From: Burkholderiales bacterium
Lineage (GTDB): Bacteria > Pseudomonadota > Gammaproteobacteria > Burkholderiales > SG8-41
DNA length: 64,000 nt
Assembly: GCA_036555035.1 (NCBI GenBank)
Contig: DATBMB010000174.1
Coordinates: 7,045-71,044, forward strand
Direction: 5' to 3'
The notes beneath the pieces were generated by a model. That model worked only from the letters and a program-made list of their open reading frames with translations, had not been told where the DNA came from and made no database searches. A program made the position numbers and the translations under genes. This document shows positions 40,176-49,713 of this stretch, one piece after another (position 1 is the stretch's first letter; the number at the start of each line of letters is the position of its first letter).

Positions 40176-40765
40176 GCTTGCGATTCAGGCCGTTCTTGAT
40201 CGCCGCGGGGTTCGCGCTCGCCGTCGCCGCGGTCCCCGCGCCGGCGCAGGATGCCGGCTGGCTAGTCGGGGTCGGCATCGGTTACCACAAGACCGGCGAC
40301 GCCTGTCCGGGCAACGCCGCGGGCGGCGTCACGTGCGAGGACGAGGGCCCCACCTGGAAGATCTTCGGCGGGTACCAGTTCAACCCCTACCTTGGCGTCG
40401 AGCTCGGCCTCGTCGACCTGGGCGACCGGCCCGCGTTCGTGAGCGGGCTGGGCGCGGCGACCGCCAAGTTCAGGATCTTCGAGACGCTGCTCGTCGCGAC
40501 GCTCCCGGTCGGCGACCGCTTCGCCCTCTACGGCAAGGCGGGCGTCTTCCAGTGGGATGCTGACTTCGAGTTCAACCCGCCGGTCGCGGGATCGGCCGAC
40601 GCCAACGGCAACGACCTCACGTACGGGCTCGGGGTAAGATTCAACCTCACGCGCAATGCGGCGCTGCGGCTGGAGTGGCAGCGCTACAACGATGTCGGCG
40701 ACCCGGCGATGACCGGCCGGTTTAATGCCAATGTCTTCGGCGTGAACGCGCTCATCAGTTTCTGA
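40172..40765 (+). CDS. small outer-membrane beta-barrel protein (OMP_b-brl-like)
   Basis: The ATG at 40172 overlaps the dacB stop (ATGA). It has the signal peptide ...AVPAPAQD, alternating beta-strand pattern, and a C-terminal ...GVNALISF with terminal Phe. Confidence 0.75.
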   Translation: MSLRFRPFLIAAGFALAVAAVPAPAQDAGWLVGVGIGYHKTGDACPGNAAGGVTCEDEGPTWKIFGGYQFNPYLGVELGLVDLGDRPAFVSGLGAATAKFRIFETLLVATLPVGDRFALYGKAGVFQWDADFEFNPPVAGSADANGNDLTYGLGVRFNLTRNAALRLEWQRYNDVGDPAMTGRFNANVFGVNALISF

Positions 40766-40918
40766 CGCCGTGTCGCGGCGGCGACCTCTCGAACCGGCGG
40801 CTGTGCTCTTGTTCGCGTCGTAGCTGGAAACTACGTCACGAAACCTGGATTCGTCAGTGACGAGTTGCCGCTCGTTTCCGGCATGCTTTATGCATCAGAT
40901 CGTGCATGGAGGATGCCC

Positions 40919-41401
40919 ATGCTGGTTCGCGGCGCAATCATCATGTGGGCGACGGCAGCAGCAGTGCTGCTGGGCGGCGCAGTATACGCCGCAGAGTCCG
41001 CACCCGAGGCAGACTTACCAGCCGTTGAGACCGCCGAACCGAGCGCGGCTTCGGAACCGGGCCCGGCACCGGTGGATCAGCCGGCAAGCGTGGCGATCGA
41101 CGCCGGGCCGCCAGGACTGAAGTACAGACTGGACGCGCCGGCTCCGGCGCCACGCGCCGATGATTTCCGCTTTGATTTCGCCGAGCGCCCGGCTCCTGCA
41201 ACGGCGCTCAGGCTCGCAGATGCCCCCGGCGCGCCCCGGACCGGTTGGGCCTTTTCGGGGCGGGCAGGGCCCTTGCGCTGGCTGACCCCGCTCGACAGCG
41301 AAGGGCAGGCCCGGCTGCGCCTCGGAGGCCGGCTGCCGAATCAGCCGCGGCCCCCGGGGCTGGGACGATTCAACGTCAGCGTCCACTACAGCTTCGAGTG
41401 A
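40919..41401 (+). CDS. hypothetical secreted Pro/Ala-rich protein
   Basis: GGAGGA sits 5 nt upstream of the ATG at 40919. The signal peptide is MLVRGAIIMWATAAAVLLGGAVYA-AE, followed by a low-complexity Pro/Ala region. No known domain. Confidence 0.5.
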   Translation: MLVRGAIIMWATAAAVLLGGAVYAAESAPEADLPAVETAEPSAASEPGPAPVDQPASVAIDAGPPGLKYRLDAPAPAPRADDFRFDFAERPAPATALRLADAPGAPRTGWAFSGRAGPLRWLTPLDSEGQARLRLGGRLPNQPRPPGLGRFNVSVHYSFE

Positions 41402-41431
41402 CGGCCGCGCGGCGCCTGCTGCATTTTCGCT

Positions 41432-42904
41432 CTACAGCCCCAGCTCGCGCCACAGCGCGTCCACGCGCCGCTTCACGTCCTCGCTCATCGCGATCGTCTC
41501 GCCCCAGGCGCGGTCGGTCTCGCCCGGCCACTTGCGGGTGGCGTCGATCCCCATCTTGGAGCCCAGCCCGGGCACCGGGCTCGCGAAATCGAGGTAGTCG
41601 ATCGGCGTGTGCTCGGTGATCAGCGTATCGCGCCGCGGGTCGACGCGCGTCGCCAGCGCCCACACCACTTCCTTCCAGTCGCGGACGTTGACATCGTCGT
41701 CGGTGACGATGATGAACTTGGTGTAGAGGAACTGCCGCAGGAAGCTCCAGATGCCGAACATGACGCGCCGGGCATGGCCGGGGTACTGCTTCTTCATGGC
41801 CACGCACGCGACGCGATAGGAGCAGCCTTCGGGCGGCAGGTAGAAATCCGCGATTTCCGGAAACTGGCGCGTAAGCAGCGGCACAAACACCTCGTTCAAT
41901 GCGAGCCCCAGGATCGCCGGCTCGTCGGGCGGCTTTCCGGTGTAGGTCGAGTGGTAGATCGGATTCTGCCGCGTGGTGATACGCTCGATCGTGAAGACCG
42001 GGAAGCGCTCCTGCTCGTTGTAGTAGCCGGTGTGGTCGCCGAACGGCCCCTCCAGCGCGGTCTCGCCGGGATGGATCCAGCCTTCCAGCACGATCTCGGC
42101 GGCCGCGGGAACCTGCAGATCGTGGCTCATGCACTTCACGATCTCGGTCTTTCCCCCCCGCAGCAGGCCCGCAAACTGGTATTCCGAGAGCGCATCCGGC
42201 ACCGGCGTCACCGCGCCGAGCAGGGTGGCGGGATCCGCGCCCAGCGCCACCGCTACCGGGAAAGACTCGCCCGGGTGCGCCAGGCCATGGTCCCGGAAGT
42301 CGAGCGCGCCGCCGCGCTGCGGCAGCCAGCGCATGATGACCTTGTTGCGGGCGAGTAGCTGCTGGCGGTAGATGCCGAGATTCTGGCGGCGGCGGCTGGG
42401 CCCCCGCGTCACCGTCAGTCCCCAGGTAATGAGGGGCGCGACGTCTCCCGGCCAGCAGGTCTGCACCGGCAGCCGGCCGAGGTCCACGTCCGGTCCTTCG
42501 AGCACCTGCTCCTGGCTCGGCGCGCGCGCGACCACCCGCGGCTCCATCGCGAGCACGGTCTTCAAGAGCGGCAACTTGTCCCACGCATCACGCCACCCTT
42601 TAGGCGGTTCGGGTTCCTTCAACGCGGCAAGCACCCCGCCGAGCTCGCGCAGCGCGGCCGCAGGGTCCGCGGCATCCACGCCCATCCCGAGCGCGACGCG
42701 CTGGACCGTGCCGAAGAGATTCGCGAGCACGGGCACCGTATGCCCCTTCGGCCGCTCGAACAGGAGGGCCGGCCCGCCCGCCTTCAATACGCGGTCGCAG
42801 ATTTCCGTCATCTCGAGGCGGGGATCGACCGCCGCGGTGACGCGCTTCAACTCGCCGCGCGCCTCGAGCCCGGCCAGGAAATCGCGCAGGTCGCGGTACT
42901 TCAT
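41432..42904 (-). CDS. ubiD: 4-hydroxy-3-polyprenylbenzoate decarboxylase
   Basis: 490 aa. The start [22 protein letters not shown] and length are typical of UbiD. ubiA is adjacent. Confidence 0.92.
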   Translation of the reverse strand: MKYRDLRDFLAGLEARGELKRVTAAVDPRLEMTEICDRVLKAGGPALLFERPKGHTVPVLANLFGTVQRVALGMGVDAADPAAALRELGGVLAALKEPEPPKGWRDAWDKLPLLKTVLAMEPRVVARAPSQEQVLEGPDVDLGRLPVQTCWPGDVAPLITWGLTVTRGPSRRRQNLGIYRQQLLARNKVIMRWLPQRGGALDFRDHGLAHPGESFPVAVALGADPATLLGAVTPVPDALSEYQFAGLLRGGKTEIVKCMSHDLQVPAAAEIVLEGWIHPGETALEGPFGDHTGYYNEQERFPVFTIERITTRQNPIYHSTYTGKPPDEPAILGLALNEVFVPLLTRQFPEIADFYLPPEGCSYRVACVAMKKQYPGHARRVMFGIWSFLRQFLYTKFIIVTDDDVNVRDWKEVVWALATRVDPRRDTLITEHTPIDYLDFASPVPGLGSKMGIDATRKWPGETDRAWGETIAMSEDVKRRVDALWRELGL

Positions 42905-42916
42905 GCGCGCGGTCGG

Positions 42917-43828
42917 TCAGTGCACCAGGCCGGACCTGAAGTGCAGGTCCAGCGCGAGCCCCGCGAACACCGCGAGCCCGACCCAGTTGTTGTTGCGGAA
43001 GGCGCGGAAGCAGCGGTCACGGTCGCGCCCGCGGATGAGCCAGTACTGATAGAGCGCGAGGCCGGCCGCGATAGCGAGCCCCGCGAAGTAGAAGGCGTCG
43101 AGCCGCTGCCAGCGGCCGATCGCCGTCATGCCGCCGAGGAAGAGCGCATGCGCGATCATGACGCCGGCCACGTCGAAGCGCCCGAGCAGGATCGCGGAGG
43201 ACTTCAGCCCGAGCTTCATGTCATCGTCGCGGTCCACCATCGCGTACTCGGTATCGTAGGCAATGATCCAGAAGAAGGTCGCTCCCATCAGCGCCCATCC
43301 CGCGAGCGGTACGTAGTCGAGCTGCGCCGCGTAGGCCATCGGGATCGAGAAGCTGAACGCGACGCCCAGCCAGGCCTGCGGAAACACGAAAAAGCGCTTG
43401 AGGAAGGGGTAGATCACCGTAATCGCGAGCGCGGCGAAGGAGAGCAGGACGGTCAGAAGATTCAATTGCAGCACCAGGACGAAGGCGACGACGAGCAGCG
43501 CGGCCGCGAGCACGATCGCCTCGCGCAACGACACGGCGCCGGTGGCGAGCGGCCGGTTGCGGGTGCGCTCCACGTGCGGATCGAACCGGCGGTCAGCGCA
43601 GTCGTTGATCACGCAGCCGGCCGAGCGCATCAGCACGACGCCGAGGAGAAATATGACCAGGATATCGAGCTCGGGAACGGCGCGCCGGGCGAGCCACAGG
43701 CTCCACAGCGCCGGCCACAGCAGCAGCAGCCAGCCGATCGGCTGGTCGAGGCGCATCAGCTGCTCGTAGGCGTCCAGCCGATCCTTGAAGGTCGGGGTCC
43801 GGACCATCCCGGCGGGTGATTCGGCCAT
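42917..43828 (-). CDS. ubiA: 4-hydroxybenzoate polyprenyltransferase
   Basis: 303 aa polytopic membrane protein. It carries the UbiA motif GCVINDCADRRFD and the second Asp-rich motif YDTEYAMVDRDDD. Confidence 0.93.
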   Translation of the reverse strand: MAESPAGMVRTPTFKDRLDAYEQLMRLDQPIGWLLLLWPALWSLWLARRAVPELDILVIFLLGVVLMRSAGCVINDCADRRFDPHVERTRNRPLATGAVSLREAIVLAAALLVVAFVLVLQLNLLTVLLSFAALAITVIYPFLKRFFVFPQAWLGVAFSFSIPMAYAAQLDYVPLAGWALMGATFFWIIAYDTEYAMVDRDDDMKLGLKSSAILLGRFDVAGVMIAHALFLGGMTAIGRWQRLDAFYFAGLAIAAGLALYQYWLIRGRDRDRCFRAFRNNNWVGLAVFAGLALDLHFRSGLVH

Positions 43829-43851
43829 GAAATCAGTATATCAACGAGACG

Positions 43852-43934
43852 GTGAGCGGTAAGCGGTGAGCAGTAAGCGGAAAACAGGCGCAATGGGACT
43901 GCTGCCTGCCTAACGCTTACTGCTTACCGCTCAC
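43852..43934 (-). repeat. long hairpin built from tandem GGTRAGC heptamers, immediately 3' of recG
   Basis: The left arm GTGAGCGGTAAGC(GGTGAG)CAGTAAGCG (43852..43879) pairs with CGCTTACTGCTTACCGCTCAC (43914..43934). That gives 21 bp with a 6-7-nt bulge and a 34-nt loop containing an inner CAGGC/GCCTG stem. The right arm touches the recG stop codon. Confidence 0.7.
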
Positions 43935-46054
43935 TAGGCTCTTAGGTACTCGTGGCGCGCGCCGAGCCAACGCGCAAGGTGGGCCCGTGCCGCAGCCGGC
44001 TGCTCGCGCAGCAGGGTCGCGGCGGCCTCGCGCGCCGCGTCGAGGAGATCGAGGTCGGTATCGAGGTCGGCGAAGCGCAGCAGCGGCTCCCCGCTCTGCC
44101 GCGCGCCGAGGAGCTCTCCGGGACCGCGCAACCGCAGGTCCTGGCGCGCGATCTCGAAGCCGTCACGCTGCTCGTAGATGATCTTCAACCGCTCGCGCGC
44201 GGCATCCGTGAGCGGTTCCTGGTAGAGCAGGATGCAGGTGCTCTCGTCGGCGCCGCGCCCGACGCGGCCGCGCAGCTGGTGCAGGCGGGCGAGCCCGACG
44301 CGCTCCGCGTTCTCGATCACCATCAGCGTCGCGTCGGGCGCGTCGACGCCCACCTCGATCACCGTCGTCGCAACGAGGAGCTGGATCGCACCCGCCTTGA
44401 ATGCGTCCATGACCCGCGCCTTGTCCTCGCCCTTCAGCCTCCCGTGCACGAGCCCGACCTTCAGTTCGGGAAACGTCTGGCGCACCTTGTCGTAGGTTTC
44501 GAGCGCGGTCCTGAGTTGCAGGGCGTCGGACTCCTCCACCAGCGGGCACACCCAGTAGGCCTGGCCGCCGGCGAGGCAGTCGTCGCGCACGCGCCGGATC
44601 ACTTCGTCGCGCCGGGTCTCGCGAACGAGCCGGGTCGCGACCGGCCTGCGTCCCGGGGGCATCTCGTCGATCACCGAGACGTCGAGATCGGCGTAGTAGC
44701 TCATGGCGAGGGTGCGCGGGATGGGCGTTGCGCTCATCATGAGCTGGTGGGGCTCCGCGCCCTTGTTGGGGCGCGAGCCCTTCATCCGCAGCTGAAGCCG
44801 CTGATGCACGCCGAAGCGCTGCTGCTCGTCGATGATCGCGAATCCAAGGTCGTGGAAGCGCACGTCCTCCTGGATGAGCGCGTGCGTGCCGACGACGACG
44901 GCGGTCTCGCCGCTCGCCACCCGGGCCAGCGCCTCGCGCTTCGCGCGCGCCGTGAGGCTGCCGGAAAGCCACGCGACGCCGATGCCGGGGCCGCCGACCC
45001 ACTCCCGGAACTTCCGGTAGTGCTGCTCCGCGAGGATCTCGGTCGGCGCCATGATCGCGACCTGGCGGCTGTTCTCCACGCATTGCAGCGCCGCGAGCGC
45101 GGCGACGATCGTCTTGCCGCTGCCGACATCGCCCTGCAGGAGGCGCTGCATGGGATAGGGCTGCGCCAGGTCCTCGCGGATCTGCGCGAGCGCCCGGTTC
45201 TGCGCCGCGGTGAGCTTGTAGGGCAGCCGCGCGAGCAGCGCCTGCGCGAGCCTGCCGCGCGGCTTGAGCGCCGGCGCCCCCGCCGCCTTGCGCCGGCGGT
45301 AGTGCAGGCGCATCGAGATCTGTTGCGCGAGCAGCTCGTCGAACTTGACGCGGCGCCACGCGGGATGGGTCCTGCCCGAGAGCGTCTCCTGCGCCACTTC
45401 AGGCGGCGGGTTGTGGAGCAGCGCCACCGCCTCGCGGAACGGCGGGAGCTTGAGCTGCTCCAGGAGCGCGGGCGACAGCGTGTCCGCCAGATCGCAGTCG
45501 GCGAGCGCGCGCGCGATGAGGCGCCGGAGCACCTCCTGCCCCAGGCCGGCGGTCGTCGGGTACACCGGCGTCAGCGCGCTGGCAACCGGGACCTCGCCGT
45601 GCAGCACCCGGTAGCGCGGATGCACCATCTCGTCGCCGGCAAAGCCGCGGCGAATCTCCCCGAACGCCCGCACGCGCGCTCCGGGCGCGAGCTGCTTCGA
45701 CTGGCTCGGGTAAGAATTGAAGAAACGCAGCGTCAGCACGCCGCTGCCGTCCTCGATATGGCACAGGAGCTGGCGCCGGGGCCGGTACTGTACGTCGCAC
45801 TTGATGACATTGCCCTCGACCACGACCGGCTCGCCCGAGGGCGCCTCGCTCAGCGTATAGAGCCGCGTCTCGTCGTCGTAGCGCAGCGGCAGGTGCAGGA
45901 CGAGATCGAACTTGGCTGCGATGCCGAGCTTCGCGAGGCGCGCCAGCGTGGGGCGACTGAGGCCGCTCAGCGACGGATCGGATTCGAGCGCGGGAGGCGC
46001 CGGCGCGCCCGCCCGCTGCCGGCTGCGAGCCGCGCTGATCGCCCCCCGCCTCAC
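43934..46054 (-). CDS. recG: ATP-dependent DNA helicase RecG
   Basis: It has Walker A QGDVGSGKT, motif II IIDEQQRFGV and an N-terminal wedge domain. I prefer the GTG at 46054, because the track ATG at 46123 overlaps ridA by 59 nt. Confidence 0.92.
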   Translation of the reverse strand: MRRGAISAARSRQRAGAPAPPALESDPSLSGLSRPTLARLAKLGIAAKFDLVLHLPLRYDDETRLYTLSEAPSGEPVVVEGNVIKCDVQYRPRRQLLCHIEDGSGVLTLRFFNSYPSQSKQLAPGARVRAFGEIRRGFAGDEMVHPRYRVLHGEVPVASALTPVYPTTAGLGQEVLRRLIARALADCDLADTLSPALLEQLKLPPFREAVALLHNPPPEVAQETLSGRTHPAWRRVKFDELLAQQISMRLHYRRRKAAGAPALKPRGRLAQALLARLPYKLTAAQNRALAQIREDLAQPYPMQRLLQGDVGSGKTIVAALAALQCVENSRQVAIMAPTEILAEQHYRKFREWVGGPGIGVAWLSGSLTARAKREALARVASGETAVVVGTHALIQEDVRFHDLGFAIIDEQQRFGVHQRLQLRMKGSRPNKGAEPHQLMMSATPIPRTLAMSYYADLDVSVIDEMPPGRRPVATRLVRETRRDEVIRRVRDDCLAGGQAYWVCPLVEESDALQLRTALETYDKVRQTFPELKVGLVHGRLKGEDKARVMDAFKAGAIQLLVATTVIEVGVDAPDATLMVIENAERVGLARLHQLRGRVGRGADESTCILLYQEPLTDAARERLKIIYEQRDGFEIARQDLRLRGPGELLGARQSGEPLLRFADLDTDLDLLDAAREAAATLLREQPAAARAHLARWLGARHEYLRA

Positions 46055-46064
46055 GCCGCCCGCC

Positions 46065-46445
46065 TCACTCCAGGTGCAGGATGGCGTCCATCTCCACCAG
46101 CGCTCCGCGCGGCAGGCTCGCAACGCCGACCGCGGCGCGCGCGGGGTAGGGCGGCGAGAAATAGCGCGCCATCGTCTCGTTCACCAGCGCGAAGTGGCCG
46201 AGGTCGGTGAGATAGACCGTGAGCTTCACGACGTCCTTCAGATCGCCGCCGGCCGCGCGCGCGACCGCCTGCAGGTTCCGGAACACGCGGTCGATCTGGG
46301 GACCGATGCCGGCGACCATCTCCATCGTCGCGGGGTCGAGCCCGATCTGCCCCGCGAGGTACACCGTCGCACCGCAGCGCACCGCCTGCGAATAGGTGCC
46401 GATCGCCTTCGGTGCGGCGTCGGTGTGGATGATTTCCCTTTTCAT
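46065..46445 (-). CDS. ridA: RidA/YjgF-family reactive-intermediate deaminase
   Basis: The in-frame ATG at 46445 gives the 126-aa product [22 protein letters not shown]...[21 protein letters not shown], the canonical RidA pattern. Confidence 0.92.
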   Translation of the reverse strand: MKREIIHTDAAPKAIGTYSQAVRCGATVYLAGQIGLDPATMEMVAGIGPQIDRVFRNLQAVARAAGGDLKDVVKLTVYLTDLGHFALVNETMARYFSPPYPARAAVGVASLPRGALVEMDAILHLE

Positions 46446-46456
46446 GCGGTACTCCT

Positions 46457-47623
46457 TCAACCGGGGAGCTTCAGCACGGTCTTGGCCAGTATATTTCTCT
46501 GGATCTCGCTCGAGCCGCCGTAGATGGTGGCGGGGCGCGCGTAATAGAAGGGGGTGAGAAAATCCGCCTCCACCCCCGCGACGTCGTGCACGCCCGCGAC
46601 GACGCCCTGCTCGGCGCCCGCCTCGATCAGGAGGTCGGTCAGGCGCTGCCACGTCTCCATGGTCCAGATCTTGAGCATGGAAACGTCCGGCCCGAGCGGC
46701 TCGCCGCGCTTGACTTGCTCGACGAAGCGGCCGTAGAGCGCCGCCCCGTCCTCGATGTCGAGCTTCAACGCAATGAAGCGGTCGAGGAAGCCGGGATCCT
46801 CGAGCAGCCCCTTCGCGCGCGCAACCGCCTCCAGGCGGTTCAACGCGTACGCGGGGCGGCGCGGGCTGCCGATGGAAAGCCGCTCGAATCCCAGCAGCGC
46901 CTTGGCCACGGTCCAGCCGTCATCGAGCTCGCCCACGAGATTTGCGCGCGGCACCCGCACGTCGTCGAAGAACACCTGGCAGAACTCCTCGTGGCCGGCA
47001 AGATTGCGGATCGGGCGCAGCGTGATGCCCGGCGTCTTGAGGTCCACCAGCAGGAAGCTGATCCCCTGCTGCTTCTTTGCCCCCTTGCCGGTACGTACTA
47101 GCAGATAGATGTGGGTCGCATCGTCGGCGAGCGAGGTCCAGATTTTCTGGCCGTTGACGACGAAGTGCTCGCCCTCGAGCACCGCAGCGGTCTGCAGTCC
47201 CGCGAGATCGGAGCCGGCGTTGGGCTCGGAGTAGCCCTGGCACCAGATGTACTCGCCGGAGAGCGTGCGCGGCAGGTAATGCTCCTGCTGCTCGCGCGTG
47301 CCGAAGCGCATGATGAGGGGACCGACCTGCGTGATGCCCTGGTCGGGCGGGCGCGCGACCCCGTGGCGCTCCATCTCCTCGAGATAGATCACCATCTTGC
47401 CGGCGTCGAGCGCCATGCCCCCGCGCTCGCGCGGCCAGTTGGGCGCGATCCAGCCCTTCTCGTAGAGCTTGCGCCACCAGTCCTTCATGTCATGCCAGCG
47501 CGCACGGTGCAGGATGTAGCGCAGGCGCGGGGGATATTCCCGCTCGAAGAACGCGCGGACCTCCCGCCGGAAATCCTCGTCGCTCATCGCGTTGTAATCG
47601 GGGCTTGCGATCGAGGGGTTCAT
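46457..47623 (-). CDS. acyl-CoA dehydrogenase family protein
   Basis: 388 aa with the ACAD fold. It carries [13 protein letters not shown] and the C-terminal [15 protein letters not shown], where Gly replaces the usual catalytic Glu of YEGT. Confidence 0.85.
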   Translation of the reverse strand: MNPSIASPDYNAMSDEDFRREVRAFFEREYPPRLRYILHRARWHDMKDWWRKLYEKGWIAPNWPRERGGMALDAGKMVIYLEEMERHGVARPPDQGITQVGPLIMRFGTREQQEHYLPRTLSGEYIWCQGYSEPNAGSDLAGLQTAAVLEGEHFVVNGQKIWTSLADDATHIYLLVRTGKGAKKQQGISFLLVDLKTPGITLRPIRNLAGHEEFCQVFFDDVRVPRANLVGELDDGWTVAKALLGFERLSIGSPRRPAYALNRLEAVARAKGLLEDPGFLDRFIALKLDIEDGAALYGRFVEQVKRGEPLGPDVSMLKIWTMETWQRLTDLLIEAGAEQGVVAGVHDVAGVEADFLTPFYYARPATIYGGSSEIQRNILAKTVLKLPG

Positions 47624-48765
47624 GCCAGGGCCCCGCTCACGAGGCGCGCGTAGCGCCGCCGGTGCCAGCTCGCGCTACCGAGCCAGGCGGTGAGCACCAG
47701 GGCGCGCTTGAGATAAAGACCCGCGTCGAACTCGTCGGTGAAGCCGATCGCGCCGTGGAGCTGGATGGCTTCGCGCGTGATCCGCGCCGCTGCGTCGGCA
47801 CAGCGCGCCTTGACCCGGCTCGCCGCTGCCGCGCGCGCCGGCGCGGCGGGGCCGCGGTCGAGCACGCCGAGCGCCTCCTCCAGCACCGCCGATGCGAGCT
47901 CCTGGTGTATGTGGAGGTCCACCGCCCGGTGCTGCAGCGCCTGGAACGAACCGATCGGTTTTCCGAACTGAACGCGCGTCTTCAGGTAGTCGAGGCTCAT
48001 CTCGAGCGAGCGCTCCATCACGCCGGCGAGCTCCGCACCGGCGATGGCGCAGCCGTGGTCAAAAGCCCGGCCGAGCGCTTCCAGAGCAGCCGCCCCACTC
48101 GCCGCCACGCCCGACCGGGGCACGAGTGTGTCGTCGAGCCGGAGCGTGGCGAAGGAGCGGCCGTCGGCGAGCGGCTCGAGCTCGAGCTGCGCCCCCGCGG
48201 CATCCCGCGGCAGCCACAGCAGCACGACGCCGCCCGCGGCGCGCGCGGAAACGATGAAGGCGTCAGCCTGCGCCGCCCCGGCGATGAAGCGTTTCACGCC
48301 GTTCAACTTGAAGCCGCCTTCGAACGGCGTCGCCCGGGTCTCGATCGCCGCGGGATCGAGCTCACCCGCCTCCTCCTGCCACGCCAGGGCGGGCAGCACG
48401 TCGCCGGCAGCGAGCCGCGGCAGCTGCTCGCGCTTGAGCGGCTCGTTCTCCGCCGCAGCGAGCGCAGTCGCCGCCAGCACCGCGGTCGCGGTCAACGGCT
48501 CGGGGACCAGCGCGCGCGCAAGTCCCCGCGCGACGATCGCCATCTCCGCGAGGCCCAGCCCGAGCCCGCCGTAGCGCTCGGGCACCAGGATGCCGAGCCA
48601 GCCGAGCTCCGCCATCTTCTGCCAGGCCGTGCGCTCATATTCGGTACTCGTGCCGCGCAGCCGCCGCACCCGCGCAAGATCGGTCCCGCGCGCGACGTAG
48701 TCCGCGACGCTCGCCCGGAGCGGGCCGCGATGCTCGGCAGCGGTGGAGGATGGATCGCCGGTCAT
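47620..48765 (-). CDS. acyl-CoA dehydrogenase family protein
   Basis: The in-frame ATG at 48765 gives 381 aa. It shows the ACAD pattern QFGKPIGSFQALQHR...LHGAIGFTDEFD. Its stop overlaps the next ACAD start by 4 nt. The longer track ORF runs into the tRNA-Ala gene. Confidence 0.82.
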   Translation of the reverse strand: MTGDPSSTAAEHRGPLRASVADYVARGTDLARVRRLRGTSTEYERTAWQKMAELGWLGILVPERYGGLGLGLAEMAIVARGLARALVPEPLTATAVLAATALAAAENEPLKREQLPRLAAGDVLPALAWQEEAGELDPAAIETRATPFEGGFKLNGVKRFIAGAAQADAFIVSARAAGGVVLLWLPRDAAGAQLELEPLADGRSFATLRLDDTLVPRSGVAASGAAALEALGRAFDHGCAIAGAELAGVMERSLEMSLDYLKTRVQFGKPIGSFQALQHRAVDLHIHQELASAVLEEALGVLDRGPAAPARAAAASRVKARCADAAARITREAIQLHGAIGFTDEFDAGLYLKRALVLTAWLGSASWHRRRYARLVSGALA

Positions 48766-48804
48766 GTCGCCTTCGAAGCGCCGGAGGCGTGCCCGGCCAT
48801 TGTT

Positions 48805-48880
<76 letters not shown>

Positions 48881-48950
48881 ACACCCGTTCTGCGAGGGCG
48901 GAATTTTACTATAGACTGGCACTTACACGAACGCCCACCCGCCAACCCCG

Positions 48951-49691
48951 GTGGACATCAAGCCGCCTTACGCTTATCAGGAAGTGGTGCCGCTTCTGAA
49001 GGAGCACCGGGTGACGCTGCGCGGTGAACGCGACATCCCGCCGGCGTTCCGCGCGCTCAACGCGCTGCCGATCTCCTTTGCGGAGTTCACGGTCGCGTGC
49101 CGCGACTACCCCATCGCCTTCGTCGGAGCCAACGCGGAGAGCGTGATCGCGATGGCCGTGCTGGGCCTGGAGAAGCAGCAGAACCTGTTCATTACGGCCG
49201 GGAACGATTGGGATGCGTCCGTCTACCTGCCGGCCTACGTGCGGCGCCATCCTTTCTGCATGACGCGGGTGACCGTCGACGGCAAGGAACGGGCGGAACG
49301 CGTTGCCTGCGTCGAGAAAAGCGCGTTGAGCGGCAGCGGCGAGCCGCTGTTCGACGCAAAGGGCGAGCCGCTTCCCGCGTGGGAGGCGCGCAGGAAGCTG
49401 CTGTTCGAATACGAGGCCGACCTCGCGCGCTCCGAGGAGATGTGCCGCGAGCTCGGCCGGCTGCAGCTCCTCGAAACCTTCACCCTGCAGGCCGTCCCCA
49501 ACCAGGGCCCGCCGCTGGCGATGACGGGCCTCTATCGCGTCTCGGAGCAGAAGCTCGCGGACCGGGCGCCCGAGGAGCTGAAGGCGCTGCTGCAGAAGGG
49601 GATACTCGCGCGCATCTACGCCCACCTCGTCTCGCTCGCGAATTTCGGGCGGCTGCTCGATCGCCGCGCGACGCAGGCCCGGCGCGGTTGA
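48951..49691 (+). CDS. SapC-family protein (function unknown)
   Basis: 246 aa with a GTG start. It carries FTVACRDYPIAFV and YLPAYVRRHPF, which I recall as the SapC (PF07277) core. Confidence 0.7.
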   Translation: MDIKPPYAYQEVVPLLKEHRVTLRGERDIPPAFRALNALPISFAEFTVACRDYPIAFVGANAESVIAMAVLGLEKQQNLFITAGNDWDASVYLPAYVRRHPFCMTRVTVDGKERAERVACVEKSALSGSGEPLFDAKGEPLPAWEARRKLLFEYEADLARSEEMCRELGRLQLLETFTLQAVPNQGPPLAMTGLYRVSEQKLADRAPEELKALLQKGILARIYAHLVSLANFGRLLDRRATQARRG

Positions 49692-49713
49692 AGACCGGGC
49701 ACGCGCGCCGGCC

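Noticed and set aside
43852-43880. The tandem heptamer array considered as a CRISPR-like or VNTR locus.
   Set aside because: It has only four 7-nt units with no spacers. It is better explained as one arm of a hairpin.
43952-46210. A 752-aa plus-strand ORF. The same reasoning applies to 26774..28729 (-), 29703..31736 (-), 6256..8436 (+), 9494..11470 (+), 23247..24905 (+), 55908..57188 (-), 56920..58230 (-), 59552..61030 (-) and 61962..63374 (-).
   Set aside because: All are antisense or out of frame relative to genes with strong motif evidence: recG, the CoA-transferases, hemY/hemX, hemD/hemC, hemA, livH/livM, the histidine kinase and the STK. All have Arg/Gly/Ala/Asp/His-rich translations, so they are high-GC shadow ORFs.
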